Positions 35,328 through 48,800 of a DNA stretch of 64,000 nt are shown here, one piece after another. The stretch covers positions 12,090,001 to 12,154,000 of the forward strand of contig OZ024747.1 in the NCBI GenBank assembly GCA_964016885.1, read 5' to 3'. The notes beneath the pieces are model-generated. The model did no database searches, had not been told where the DNA came from, and was given only the letters and a program-made list of their open reading frames with translations. Source of the DNA: Eledone cirrhosa (lineage: Eukaryota). Both the position numbers and the translations under genes were made by a program. The first letter of the stretch is position 1. Each line of letters opens with the position of its first letter.

Positions 35328-37602
35328 GAGACAGGCATGGAAAGAATGGAAGAACGAGGGAAGCAGGGTACATTACATAGAGACCAAGAGGGAAGCTAGG
35401 CGACAAGTATACTTAGCTAGGAGGGAAGCAGAGGATAGAAAATTCAAGCATGTTTTGCAACGTGAGGACCAGAAACAGGAGGTGTTCAAGATTGCGAGGC
35501 AGTGTGTCAGAGAGAATTGTGATGTCATTGTAGAGAAGTGTATCCGGAATGATAAAGGTGAGCTTGCCCTCATAAGTGCTGAGAAGAAAGATGCATGGAA
35601 GAGTCATTATGATAGATTACTAAGTAAGGAGAATGCATGGGAAGAAGAGACCCTACCCCAAGTAGACCCTATAGAGGGGCCAGCAGTACAAGTCAGCAGC
35701 AGCGTAGTAAGTAAGGCAATCAAAGATATGAAAATGGGGAAGGCAACCGGTCAATCGGGTATAGCTGCCAAGATGCTGAAGGCATCTGGGTCTGTAGGTC
35801 ACACTATTGTTAACCAGGTAATACTAGAAGGTGTCATACCAAAAGATTGGTGCAGTAGCATCATTGTCAACTGCTACAAAGGTAAAGGTGATGCACTAGA
35901 TAGAGGAAACTATAGAGGTATAAAGCTGATGGACCAGGTCATGAAAGTAACAAAGAATTATAGCACAGTTGATTAGGGACCGGGTGAAATTAGATGAGAT
36001 GCAATTTGGGTTTGTACCAGGAAGAGGCACCACTGATGCCCTCTTCCTTGTGAGGCAGTTACAGGAAAAGTACCTAGCTAAAAGTAAGCCACTCTACCTG
36101 GCATTCGTCGATCTCGAGAAAGCCTTTGACAGAGTTCGACGTGCTATAATCTGGTGGGCTCTTAGAAAACTAGGAGTAGATGAATGGCTTGTGAAAGCTG
36201 TACAAGCCATGTATAGGGGAGCAGTCAGCAATGAGTATAGCGAGGAATTTAACGTACAGGTTGGTGTCCACCAGGGCTCTGTTCTTAGCCCTCTCCTGTT
36301 CATCATAGTCCTGCAGGCAATAACGGAGGAGTTTAAGATCGGATGCCCATGGGAACTCCTGTATGAAGATGACCTCGCACTTATAGCTGAATCTATGGTA
36401 GAACTAGAGAAGAAATTCCAAACTTGGAAGCAGGGACTAGAAAGAAAGGGTCTCAAAGTCAACATGACAAAGACTAAGGTCCTTGTAAGTAGATGAGAAA
36501 ACAGAACCCAGATCCCCTCAGGGAAATGGCCTTGCTCAGTATGTAGGAAAGGTGTAGGTAGGAACTCCATTCTCTGCCCCAAATGCAAACAATGGGTACA
36601 CAAGAAATGTAGCGGGATCTCGGGAAGCTTAATTAAGAATGTAGACCTCACATGTAGCAGCTGTGCTGGGACAGCAAGCAGCAAAGGAAACAAGTACCAC
36701 CAATCTCTGGGAGGGCTCTGTAGAAACAGTAGACAGCTTCTGCTACCTAGGTGACTGAATTAGCAGCAGAGGTAGGTGTTCAGAAAGTACAATAACTAGG
36801 GTAAGAACGGGATGGAAGAAGTTCAGGGAACTACTGCCACTGCTAGCTGCAAAAGGCTTCTCCCTCAAAATGAAAAGCAGACTGTATGATGCGTGTATCC
36901 GAACAGCAATGTTACATGGTAGTGAGACCTGGGCGCTGAAGGTGGAAGACTTACGTAGATTAGAAAGAAACGAAGCCTGCATGCCCCGATGGATGTGTAA
37001 TAGTAATATACGCGAACGACAAAGCATAAATGAATTGAGAGAGACTGAGCATAAGAGGAATCAAATGCTGTGTGCAGAAGAGGCGGTTGCATTGGTATGG
37101 ACATGAGAAGGATGACAGCTGCATAAAAAGGTGCAGAGCACTAGAAGTCAATGGAAACCGCGGGTTGGGGAGACCCAAGAAGACCTGGGATGAGGTGATA
37201 AAAGCCGACCTTACCCAATTACACCTCTCAAAGGCAATGACACACGACCGTGACCTCTGGCGTCACGCAGTAATACAGAGTACCCAACCTCCCATGGGTA
37301 CAAGCTGAAGCATATAGACAATATGCCCCCACACCCTCCCACTGCAAGGTGGTCGTGCCACAGCAAAAAAGCACCCAGCCCACACTGTAAAGTGGACGTG
37401 TAGGTGCCACAGAAAAAAAAGCACCCAGCACTCACTGTAAATGAGGTTGGTGTTAGGAAGGGCATCCAGCTGTAGAAACCAAGCCAAAATCAGTTCCTGT
37501 ATGAGCAAGGCATGGTCAGCCGACCAGACACTGCCCACAACAGGACAACCCGTCTAACCCATGCTAGCGTGGAAGAACGGGCGTAAAATGGTGATGATGA
37601 TC
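35328..37602 (+). mobile_element. 5'-truncated RTE-clade LINE, disrupted ORF2 (reverse transcriptase plus embedded PHD finger) and 3' UTR with (gat)n tail
   Basis: RT motifs KGKGDALDRGNYRGIKL, QFGFVPGRGTTDA, FVDLEKAFD, GVHQGSVLSPLLF, LLYEDDL; C-terminal WYGH...GRPKKTW; frameshifts and stops. Confidence 0.95.
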
Positions 37603-38016
37603 ATAATGATTATAATACAATATTCCACTATTATTTTTTCAGTGCATGCTTGTGGTCTACAGTAAGTGGGGATTCAAAACAATAAAAATAATCTTCGGAA
37701 GGTTAAATTTCTTGCTGTTAAAGACAATGAGGGGCATAAATATTTAAATTGAAAACCAAGGTTTTTTAAAAATTAAATCCAAATTTAATCTCTACAATTG
37801 TCTCTATACAGGTGAGAAACTTCTATATACAGGTAAACAATCAATTTCTCACACCTTACCAAAATAAATAGTGGAATATTCCATTATAACCCTTGATATG
37901 TACCTAAGGTGCTCCACTTCTGTTGAGCTTAACAGCTCACGGTTTTCTTAGTCAGGTGGCCGGTTTAAGAAAGTTCCTAAGCAGGCAGTTCTTGGAGTAA
38001 TAATAGTAAAAGAATG

Positions 38017-38195
38017 AAGAATAACATGGTCACATTACAATAGGGTTTATTTAAAGTATTAACAATTGTTTAATTAGTCTGGTGTGTCTAAAAGTTGAGT
38101 AACGTGACTTCTAGCGACTTTTAGACGCACCAGACTAATGAAACAATTATTATTACTTTAAATAAACCGTATTGTAAAGCGACCATGTTATTCTT
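38017..38195. repeat. Imperfect palindrome, about 80-bp arms
   Basis: aagaataacatggtc...gtctaaaagt versus acttttagac...gaccatgttattctt. Confidence 0.85.
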
Positions 38196-38888
38196 TTATT
38201 ATATGTATATATATATATTTCTTCCAGAGAAGGGGAGAATGATTAAGATCGAGGAAATGAAAAGGAGACACAGGTAGAATCGACCCGAATACTGAATCGA
38301 TACTTTTTTTATCCACCTTGGTAATATTTGAAGTCAGGGAGCCGGAACCAATAATGCAAAGCATTCTAGCAGATATTCTAAAGACTGCCATTTCCCTGTC
38401 TGGGATGTACGATAGATGTCCTCGATTACTAATCATTTGAATCAATTCCTCTTCGGTATTTGAATCACCTTAGACAAGTTTATTAAAACCACTAGCAGAA
38501 AAACCGCCCTTAGGGCGGTTTTCCGCTAGCATATGTAGTGTGCATATTGGTATTATATGCAAATATATATGCATATAGATATATGTAAATTGAAAAATAA
38601 ATCTTCGCCCACTTATTTCTGAGAGGGTTGTGGAGGCAGAGTCCTTCTCAAACACTCCTTCCAGCTAGTCTGTCAGAAGCAAACATCTCTAACTGATCCA
38701 ACTAGATCCCAAGAAAGTCATAATCTCTATCTCTCTCATCACAAACTCTCTCTTTCTATATATATGGTAGTTGTGGTGGTGGTGGTGACGACGATATACT
38801 GGAAGTGCAACTTTGAAAAGAAGCCAATTTGAAATTATTTATTTTTACGAAATTGAGTAGATAAATTATGTAATATTCATTCATTATT

Positions 38889-39055
38889 AGAGGGTCGGAC
38901 GCCATGCTTTCCAGCATAGTTACGTCCCTTTACGATCTGAGTTCAAATCCCGCCGAGGTTGACTTTGCCTTTCATCCTTACGGGGGTCGATAAAATAAAG
39001 TACCAGTAATGCACTGGGTAATTGCTGGCCTTGTGCCTAAAGTAGAAACAATTAT
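38889..39055 (+). mobile_element. Family 1 SINE
   Basis: gagttcaaatcccgccgaggttgactttgcctttcatcc core. Confidence 0.85.
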
Positions 39056-39977
39056 TTATTCAAAGTAATCCAACTTATTTTACAAATAGGATAAAAAAAT
39101 AAAATAAACCGTACGCAATCCCACAGACCTTCCTTTATTATAGTTTAGATAGTGCCTGCATCTGTCACGAAGACGATTCAATAGGTTTATAATAAAAGCT
39201 CAGATGATTCCTGATGCAGGGACAAACTTGTTTCCTTAAGCAATGATAACTTCTTTTTTAGGTCTCACATTTTTTATGTTCGTCTTCTATGTTTTGTTCA
39301 ACAATTTTGTATTTTGAAAGAACCAGCAGTATCACCTTCAGAATAGCCTCCATGGTGGCTCTTGATAAAACTAAATCTGTTATTTTCTTTGAAGCGAGTG
39401 CTGCAGTCTCTTAACCAACGTTTTCTCTAATGTTTCCCTTCTACTGAACAAAACGTTTGATGATTTGAACAAAAATATTTAAAATTCAAAGCTACTGAGC
39501 ACCAACATTTCAAAGCTGTTGTGTGACATTATTATTATGTGCGCAACACTAAAATAGTGACTGCGCAGTCGCACAACTTAGTGGAAACAATCTTAACCAT
39601 TCTCCAACAAGCTCAGTCGACACCAATTACTATCCTATCGGTTGTGGAATTAATAATTCAAATATACAAAATTAAATAATTCGATAAAGAACATTCATAA
39701 AACAGATAAACTACAATACATATTACTTAGAAGTTAAAGGCCGAAACACTCGCTTGAGGCGAGGTTTCTTCTCTGAAGACCTCCTGCTGTCCAGCTCTCA
39801 TGAGAGTTTCTTGCCACCATGTCAGCATTATTGACCCTTTCACCAGAAGACTAATTTTATGCATGGTTCCATGACTATTTTTTCACGGTTGAGTCTAGAG
39901 GAAGGTGAAAACAGGTGGCCTAGTGGTTAGGATGTTGAGTTTATGATCACAAGGTCATGGGTTTGATTCCAAGACCG

Positions 39978-40012
<35 letters not shown>

Positions 40013-41074
40013 TCATCATCATCGTTTAATGTCCATTTTCCATGCTTGCATGGGTCAGACAGGTCGTCCGCATTGAGAGACAAGTCAGGCCAGAATTGGC
40101 CATGTCGTACTTTGCCCCAACAGGACTGTAAATTTGGCTGGCGTTTTACAGCTGGATGCCCTTCCTAACACCAACCACATTTATATACATTAAGTAAAAA
40201 AAAATCATATATATAAGAGAGACACAGGTGAGAAAATGTTAATTATTTATTATTATCAATATCATTATTATTACATATACCAATGTAATTTTACCTTGGT
40301 TTCATTTGTTGAATGTGTTAGAGAGAAAAGTAAATTTCACAGAACTACAGAAGCAGATTTAGTAAGAATTGGTAAACCAGTCTTTGAAGTCTGATACCTT
40401 ACAAACATCTCAGGAATATTTACAACTTGGTTAGAAACAATTAGAATACAGAGAAATAAAGACAAGGAGTTCTTACAGTGGGACAGGGTGGAGAATTGGC
40501 ACTATACATGTTTATGGGAGGGCTTTATAATAATTTGAAGCGATCACCAATACTGCACTGATATGGTCACTTGACCAGCTAGTAGTAATAGCAATATGTT
40601 GGACCTCTATGTGTTCCAATGGGTGCACTGACTGTTTCACTGACAAACGAGCTTGCAAGAGGAATTAACCTGCAAGTGGCTGAGCATTCTCCTGATGCAC
40701 ATACCATTACCATAATTCTCAAAAATTCTCAGCCTGACATATCTCAGCATGTGACAAAGCTGGCCTTCTGAATTATAAGTATAACATTTATTTCCATCTG
40801 TGTGGAGTGGAACATCGTGGAATATAAGTGTCTTGCTCAAGGATACAATACATTACTGGGATTCACTTATGACCTTACAATTGAGCCAAACACCCTAACC
40901 AATAGCAATATATTCACTCTTAAATCTCACTTTAATGAAACACATTGTATAATGTAATTCTAGATTTAATATATCTGAAAGAAAAAACAAAAAAAAAATA
41001 CTGGACTTTCACAACTGGAACAACCTTCAATCATAAATCTGCTCAATTAAAGCTGACCTAGGGGTAAGTAATAA

Positions 41075-41760
41075 TAATTTCTAATTTAGGTACAAGGACC
41101 GAAATTTTTGTGGGAAAAGTTATTTATATTGACCCCGAAGGATGAAAGGCAAAGTTGACCTCAGCAGTATTTGAACCCACAATATAACTCTAAATACTAC
41201 AAAGCATTTTGTCCAACACTAACGATTCTGCCAAACCATTTTTAACAAAGACAATGCCAGAAGTGTGTGGGGGAGGGGGGCATGTGTGTGTGAGTGTGCA
41301 TGTGTGTCAACCCCAACATGACAAATATTTTATTTTATGCTACAGAAGATTGAAAGGTAAAGTTGACCTCAGCGGGATTTGAATACAAAATATAAAGAAC
41401 TTTAACAAATACTGCAAGGTATTTTGTCTGATGCTTTAACAATTCTGTCATTTTACAATATTAATAACAATAATAATAGTTTCTAAATTTATGGGGAAGG
41501 GAAGTCGATTATATTTATCCCAGTATTTCACTGGTACTTTATTTTATCGACTTTGGGAAGATGAAAGGCAAAGTTGATCTCAACAGGATTTGAACTCAGA
41601 ACACAAAGAACTGGAACAAATACTGCTAAGCATATGTCTGATACTAATAATAATATATCCTGAAAGACAAATTGATCCAGACAGAATTTGAACTCAGAAC
41701 ATAAATAAATGTTATTGGGGATTTTGTCCAGTACTCCACTGATTTTGTCATTTTGTTGCA
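41075..41760 (-). mobile_element. Cluster of about 4 family 1 SINE copies, minus strand
   Basis: Repeated gatgaaaggcaaagttgacctc...tttgaac(t/c)ca. Confidence 0.8.
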
Positions 41761-42626
41761 AATAACAGCCGAATCTTACCCCAAATTACATGCTTTCGAT
41801 TTTGGAAAGAAAAAACCAAGTGAAAGACATTTAGATATTTCTAAAAAAAAAAAAAAAAAAAAAACAGAATGGACTTTAACCTTAGTTCTGCTCAATAAAG
41901 GTTGACTTGAAACTAAAGAACAAACCAACAACAGCTGCCTGTATTTATATATCATATATTTGAGCCCCAACCTCTCATAGAAATGCTTTGACTCATTCAC
42001 AATATTTAAATAAGCTTTAACTTTTAATCTGTAATGATTTAGTAGAAAATGTCTAAAAATTGGTTTGTATTTCAAATGTTTATATTATCATTACTAGTGG
42101 ACAGATCACCATGAAAAATTTGCAATATTAGAATTTAAAAAAATCAATTTTAATGTAATACAGCCATATTGCTGCTTTATATTTTTCAAGAATGTCTGGC
42201 TAATGTGGTTTTATGTGGTACAGGATGTTAAGAATTAAACAGACACCTGCCCCTAAATCCACCTGCTGAACATCTACCTTTACACAAAGAATTTATTGGC
42301 AAGAACCATGGCATAATTTAGCTGGAACATTCCTCTCTTCCCACTCTAAATACCAAGGAGAATGTTTTAGCAATGTTTGAAACATTTTTAAAAAATAAAG
42401 ACTTTTAGAATAATATAATTTAGAAAATCCACCCAATTAAATTGTAATCCACAACTGTATCTTTGAATTGGCTATAAGATTTGTTATTGAGCTGTTGGAT
42501 ATGTCATAAGGGGGTTGACACCAGGAGGGACATCTGGCTATAAAACATTACCTCAAAAAATGATGAGTGAAGCTTGTGATGGGACCCACAGGGCTAACCC
42601 CGGCTTTATGGCCTTAAAATGTTTAA

Positions 42627-42844
42627 CCCTTTGGCATTTAAACCGGCTGTATCCAACCAGAATTTTCTCACCTTTCTGTTCAAACCAGCCAAAAAATGGC
42701 CATTCATACTAACGTTAAGGTATTGTTCTCAAAATAAATAACATCAAAATCTCAGATTCAATATTATGTGAGATAATTATCTAAGATAAAGTGCTTAGCA
42801 CAAAAATACAACACTATATATAGAGTAATGTAAATGCTAAAGGG
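42627..42844. mobile_element. piggyBac-like MITE
   Basis: TTAA on both sides; TIRs ccctttggcattta / taaatgctaaaggg; second copy at 48243-48449. Confidence 0.75.
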
Positions 42845-43666
42845 TTAAGTCATCTGAGCAGGCTACAAAGATATATATCCTAATTTACAAAACTAGAATG
42901 ATTGAGTTTTCAATTAGAGAGTTGTCAGCTTTAATTGGAGACTTGTCAGGTATTTTTCACAGCAGAACATCATCATAGTGAAGGTACATGGCTTGGTTGT
43001 TAGAATGTTGGACTCATCATTTTAGGGTTGTAAGTTCCATTCCTGGCAGCATTCTGTGTCCTTGATCAAGACATTATTTTGCATTCAACCGGAAAAATTG
43101 GTAGTAATAACACTGGTGTCAAACTATATCAGCTCATGACTTTCCCTTGGACAACATCAGTGATGTGTAAAAGGAAAACTTGCATGCAAGGGTGACTGCT
43201 GGTCTTCCACAAAACACCCTGTACAGGTATGTGCCACAGAGAGGCAAAGATATGGTCAGTCAATCAGTCAGTCAGTCATGAAAGATGGGGGTTTCCTCTT
43301 CTACTGTAAAATATGTCACCAACTGCATGATATAGTTCCACCCATCATATAAGTCATTAAAGACACAGTAGGAGTGAGATGTAGAAAACTGAAAGTGAAC
43401 CATTTCTGAAATATCTTACCAACAATATTACTGCTGCTGTTGCTGGGGTAACCAAGATAACCTTATTTTTATTGTTTTTATAATAATATTTATTAGTTTA
43501 TTTACATGAGAAAGACGGCTAAACAGACAGACTTATGGAGGTGGCCAGCAGGGGTCAGGAATTCTCAGAAATAATCAACCAAAGGAAATGAACTGAAATT
43601 TATTTTCTTTCCTCTCTTTTTCAAACGAAAAACTGAATTTATCTTGTATAACATTATTATTAATAA

Positions 43667-43955
43667 TTCTGAGTTCAAATCCTGTCGAGGTTAACTTTGC
43701 CTTTCATCCTTACGGGGTCGATAAAATAAAGTACCAGTAATGCACTGGGTAATTGCTGGCCTTGTGCCAAAAGTAGAAACAATTATTAATAATAATTTCT
43801 AACATAGGCACAGTATGTTACTGGTACTTTATTTTATCGACCCTGTAAGGATGAAAGGCAAAGCTAACCTCGACAGGATTTGAACTCAGAATGTATAGGG
43901 ACGTAACTCTATGTCACAAAGCATGTTGTCCAACGCTCTAGTGATAGTGCCCCAC
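43667..43955. mobile_element. Inverted pair of family 1 SINEs
   Basis: 43667-43740 (+) is the near-perfect reverse complement of 43818-43891 (-). Confidence 0.85.
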
Positions 43956-43977
43956 AATAATAATAACAACAATAACA

Positions 43978-44640
43978 GTTTCTAATTTTGAAACAAAGCC
44001 AGAAACTTTTGAGAGGAGGGGAACAATTGATTATATTGACCGTCAGTACATGACTGGTACTTTATTTTTATTGAACCCAACTACCTAGATGGATGAACAG
44101 TAAAGATGACCTCGGCAGGATTTGAACTCAGAATAGTAAAGGGCCATAAAACTAAATGCTGAGAAAGCATTTTGTCTGATGCCCTCACAATTCTGTCAAC
44201 ACCCACCTTTAACAATAACAGTTTCTAATTTTGGCACAAGGCCAGCAATTTGGGGTGGAAAAGAAAGTCGACCCTATTGAAGGTAGAAGTTAACTGAGGT
44301 TTCATTTATTGGCTTTGGTGGGATTTGGATTCAGAATGTAAAGAACTAGAACAAATACTGCTTAGCATTTGTCTGAAACTAATGATTCTGCCAATACCCC
44401 ACCCTTCACCGCCCTTAATAATAATAATGGTTTCTGATTTAGGCACAAAGCCAACAATTTGTGTGGAGGGGAAAGATCTTTACATCAACCCCAGTATGTA
44501 ACTGGTACTTTATTTTATCGACCCCGAAAGGATGAAAGGCAAAGTAAACCTTGGCAAGATTTGAACTCAGCACATAAAGAACCAGAATAAATGCTGCAAA
44601 ACATTTTCTCTGACACTCACGATTCTGTCAATCCACTGCC
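43978..44640 (-). mobile_element. Three tandem family 1 SINEs, minus strand
   Basis: Repeated tttctaatttt.gcacaa.gcca...tttgaactcag...gattctg.caa. Confidence 0.8.
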
Positions 44641-45005
44641 CTGTTACCCTTAATAATAATAATAATAATGGTAATATTTCATTGTTATGACGGACTATCA
44701 ATAAATGGTGATGGACAGCAGTATTTGTGCCTCATTTCTGGGGCATAGTTAAAAACCCCAGGGAGAGAGAAAAAAAAAACTAATAATAATAATAATAATA
44801 AATGCCAATCACAAATGAGACACACATCAAACTTTGGAAGAAATATTACAGTTTCATCTCAATTCTCAGCTCCCCTCTCAACCTCCCACCCTCCTCCTAA
44901 CCAAAAATGGCAGTTCCTCCTTATTTGCCAAATATCTCCGATTCCTGTCCAGTTTTTTTTTTTTTTTGTAATTTATATTTGCTTATTTATTGTTGCAGTA
45001 ATAGT

Positions 45006-45899
45006 TCATTGTCCATTCATAGCATATTCTATATCTCTTTGTACACGAGACGCCTTTGATTTCTCTTTAGGCGTACCCTCTCCAGCTTCCTGTGCAAAAT
45101 ACTTCATTTTATCCCGAAAAGACATCCGCTCGGGGCCAGGAGATTTTGCAGAACTTGCTGCTTTCTTTGCCTGTATTTTTGTGCGAGGATCACGATAGAC
45201 TTCCTGTCCACCAATCACACCGGGGGTTTCAGCAACGCGGTAGTGCACCTCAACTGAATTTGAAGGTGGTGTTGTTGGTGGTAGTGGTGGTGTTGTTGTT
45301 GGTATTGATGATGATGGTGGTGATGGTGTTGACTGGTGTGGATGTTGAACTGTGAATACTTCGTTGTTCACTTTTATTGATGGATCAGCCACGTCGCTGT
45401 TTCCAAAGTAAGAATTGCCGTAGTTCGGAGAAAACTCCCCAGAGTCGGAACGTGAAGAATGGAAGGAAGGATTCGATGATCGGTCATCATCACTGTATGA
45501 GGCACTGATCCGAGTTTCCAGTTGAGTATTGAAAGACACGGATTTTTTAGGGGCTGTCACATCCTGGTTTGTTCGCAAAGCAGACGTGCTGATACTTTTA
45601 CCAAGGTTGTTGTAATCATAGGCTGTTTGATCAGATGGCTGAGGTTTTATCAAGTTACGCTGCTGATACTGGTTAAGAGTTTCAAATGAAGAACCTCTTT
45701 CTGGGGGTTGGGGTGCCTGAAATGTCAGACTGGGTCCTTGTTCTGCATAAGTACTATTTGAAGAATAGATTTTAGAGTTGTAGTCAGATTTGGACATGTC
45801 AGAGTATCGACCCATTTGTCTGTTAGCTTGTTCCAGAAGTTGTTTCTCTTCCAAGCGTTTTTCTTCAGCTTCTCGGGCTGCAAGGATTTGTTCTTTTTC
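45006..45899 (-). CDS. AFDN: Afadin terminal exon (C-terminal F-actin-binding region)
   Basis: ttgcag|EKEQILAARE...DIEYAMNGQ*, 894 nt. Confidence 0.9.
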   Translation of the reverse strand, partial: EKEQILAAREAEEKRLEEKQLLEQANRQMGRYSDMSKSDYNSKIYSSNSTYAEQGPSLTFQAPQPPERGSSFETLNQYQQRNLIKPQPSDQTAYDYNNLGKSISTSALRTNQDVTAPKKSVSFNTQLETRISASYSDDDRSSNPSFHSSRSDSGEFSPNYGNSYFGNSDVADPSIKVNNEVFTVQHPHQSTPSPPSSSIPTTTPPLPPTTPPSNSVEVHYRVAETPGVIGGQEVYRDPRTKIQAKKAASSAKSPGPERMSFRDKMKYFAQEAGEGTPKEKSKASRVQRDIEYAMNGQ

Positions 45900-48800
45900 C
45901 TGCAATAGAAAAAGAAAAAAATGGTTAATAAATAAAAGAATTATCCTGCTCACACCTAAAAACTGTTTCAATGACTTTAACCCTTTCATTTCCCCATTTC
46001 TAATGAAAGACACTGCCTATGATTTTCAAATAATTGTGAAAATAATCAAAAATTTGGAAGGATTTAGTAATATAACTAACTTTCTCATAATTAAGTTGGT
46101 GTTTGGAATATAAAGCTTCTTACATAAAAATTATAATGGAGGATTTTTAGATAAAAATAAACTAATTCTTAACATCTTGTGCTGCTTGATTCCGTGTAAT
46201 TAGCAAAACATTCTTTAAAAGTACAAACAGCACTATGACTGCATCACATTAAAAAGAGTTTTCTTCAATTTACTGACAGTATAGTCACAGCTAAGACAGG
46301 ATAATTATCACTAAAGACCAAATCAATCAATCAAACACTGACCATTTCTTTCTTCTGACGTAGTTCTTCTAGTTTTCTATCTTTCATCATTTCTTCTTCC
46401 ATCAAATGAATCTTTCTCTGTTCTTCAATATCTCTCCTCTGTTTTTCCCTCATTTCCTGAAACAATACATCATAACTAATGAGTTGGGTGAAAAACATTG
46501 CACATATATCATTCCTCCATTGAGGTTTTACTATATTTTTATATCGATTCTGTACCTAAACATGTAAATATACTTCAATCCTTGATTTTCCTTGACGTCC
46601 GCCCTCTTGTCACTACGGCCATCACTGTATTGTAAAACATATATCTGCTAAATTACAATGACTTTGTTCTACTTATGTATCTATCTAACATATATTTTTG
46701 AACTGCTATTGGGATTTGGGCTTTATTGTTGTTATTGTTACATTTGTTCAAAGATAGATACATTGGTAAATATACATATATCAATAACTATAAACTGACA
46801 GTCAGACAGACATAAATTGTGTACTTATTCTAAACCAGGTACAAACAGTATAAACTAGATCAAAGGATGTAAAGTTATTTATAGCAAGGTAGAGGGTGGT
46901 TGTTGTTGGTAATAAAGATCAACATTACCCTTTGTTTCTGGAGGTGTTGTTCCTGTTCTTGCTGTTTCCGTTGTTGTCGTTTCTGTTGACGAATGTCATC
47001 TTCAGCCCTTTCTTTCTCAAATATTTCAATTCTCTGACGAAGGCTAAAATAAGGTAAAAAAGAAAACAAAAATTAGTATACTTTATGGTTGAGATGTTGA
47101 AGTAATAAAATATGAAAATTATCGTCAACAAGAGTGGGGTAGGGTAGGGAGCTAAGGAGCTGATCGCTAGATTGAACCAAGGAAATTACCATATACACTC
47201 AAAAGTAAAAGCCGACTCCACTATTTTTATGTCTGAGAAATGGGCTAAAATCCAATCCTTATTTACGTAGAATTTGAAGCTGGTGAAAATAGTCAAAATA
47301 TTGATCCTGATATATAAGGTAACTCCCTCTTCTACCATTGATTTTTTGGGTCACATATTCTTCTTCATCATCATCATTTCACATCTGCTTTTCCCTGCTT
47401 GCAAGGATGGGACAGGTCCTATTCAGCACAGCATGTCTCCACTTGTCACGGTCCTTTGTCATCTCCTCTGTGAACTTCAGTGATCTAAGGTCTGCTCTCA
47501 CCACCTCCGCCCATGTTTTTCGTGGTCTTCCTCTACTGCGTCTTCCTTCTACTAGGATTTCTTGGCACTTCTTTACTCAGCAGTCATCCTCCATGTGCAT
47601 CACATGTCCATACCATTGCATATATTCAAATATATATATGGATGTTACCATTGGCTTCTCCATTTCTGATACCATCTGCCAATCACAACTCCTGGCAGGT
47701 ACTGCTTTTCTGGTAGTAGGAAGCAAGATTTGAACTCAGATTGCAGTCAGCTAGAACAGATACTGCAAAGCATCTTATCTAACTCTAACAATTCCTCAAA
47801 AGTAAGTAGTTACAAGTCATTATTAACCATTGGTGCTATGATACAAACTTGGTGCTATGATACTAAACCATATTTTTTTTAATGTACAGGGTGAACAAAG
47901 TCTTTCCCTAAATATAAAATACTGTATCTCAAAACTATTTGGGATTTTACTTTTTCATTGTTTTAATTTATAAATTTCAAGTTTAAAGTTTAAAGTTTTT
48001 CTGTTTTACATTTTCTCTTCTACAGGAAGTAGTTGTAATTTTCAAAAACAAAATGGCATCTATGAAACAAAAAGGGAAATACTTTATGTTCACCCTGTAT
48101 ATATTTATCTAAAAACCTTCCATCATAATTTTATGTAAGTACCTCTGTTAGGCTATGCTCCAAACATCAACTTAATAGTGAGTATAATGAATTATATTAC
48201 AAAAAACTTAAATAATTTCAAAAATAGTCATAAATTTTTTAACCCTTTAGCATTTAAACCGGCTCTATCCAGCCAAAATTCTCTCACCTCTTTCTGTTCA
48301 AACTGGCCATAACTGGTTACTTCTACTTACATTAAGGTATTGTTCTCAAGATAGATAAAATCAAAATCTCATAGATTCGATATTATGTGAAGTAATCCTT
48401 TACCGTGAAAATATAATAGTAAATATAGAGTAATGTAAATGCTAAAGGGTGTGTATTTCATTAGAAATATAGTAACAAAAGGGTTTAATTTAAGTAATAC
48501 AAGGTATCATCAGAAATATAGTAACAATGGGCTTAGACAATTGATCAAACTGCTCTCTCCAGAAAAAAAAAACTATAACAAATTTCCCATTACACACCGC
48601 TTCATTCTGTCTTTTTCTTTCTCATATTCATCAGTTATTTGTTCCTGTTCCAACTGTCGAAGTCGGTTAAAACTTCTCTGAAGGTCCTCTTGCATGGTAT
48701 TAATCAGCCATTCTCGACTCTGTAAGGAATAAATCAAGAAAATGTATATAATGCAAGAGAATTAACAGTATTTACTAGTAATGTATGTACAATAGTGATG

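Noticed and set aside
36094-36693. 199-aa minus-strand ORF
   Set aside because: Antisense of LINE ORF2
38188-38655. Possible Penelope GIY-YIG coding remnant beside the palindrome
   Set aside because: No recognisable GIY-YIG or RT motif in the frames read; would need a profile search
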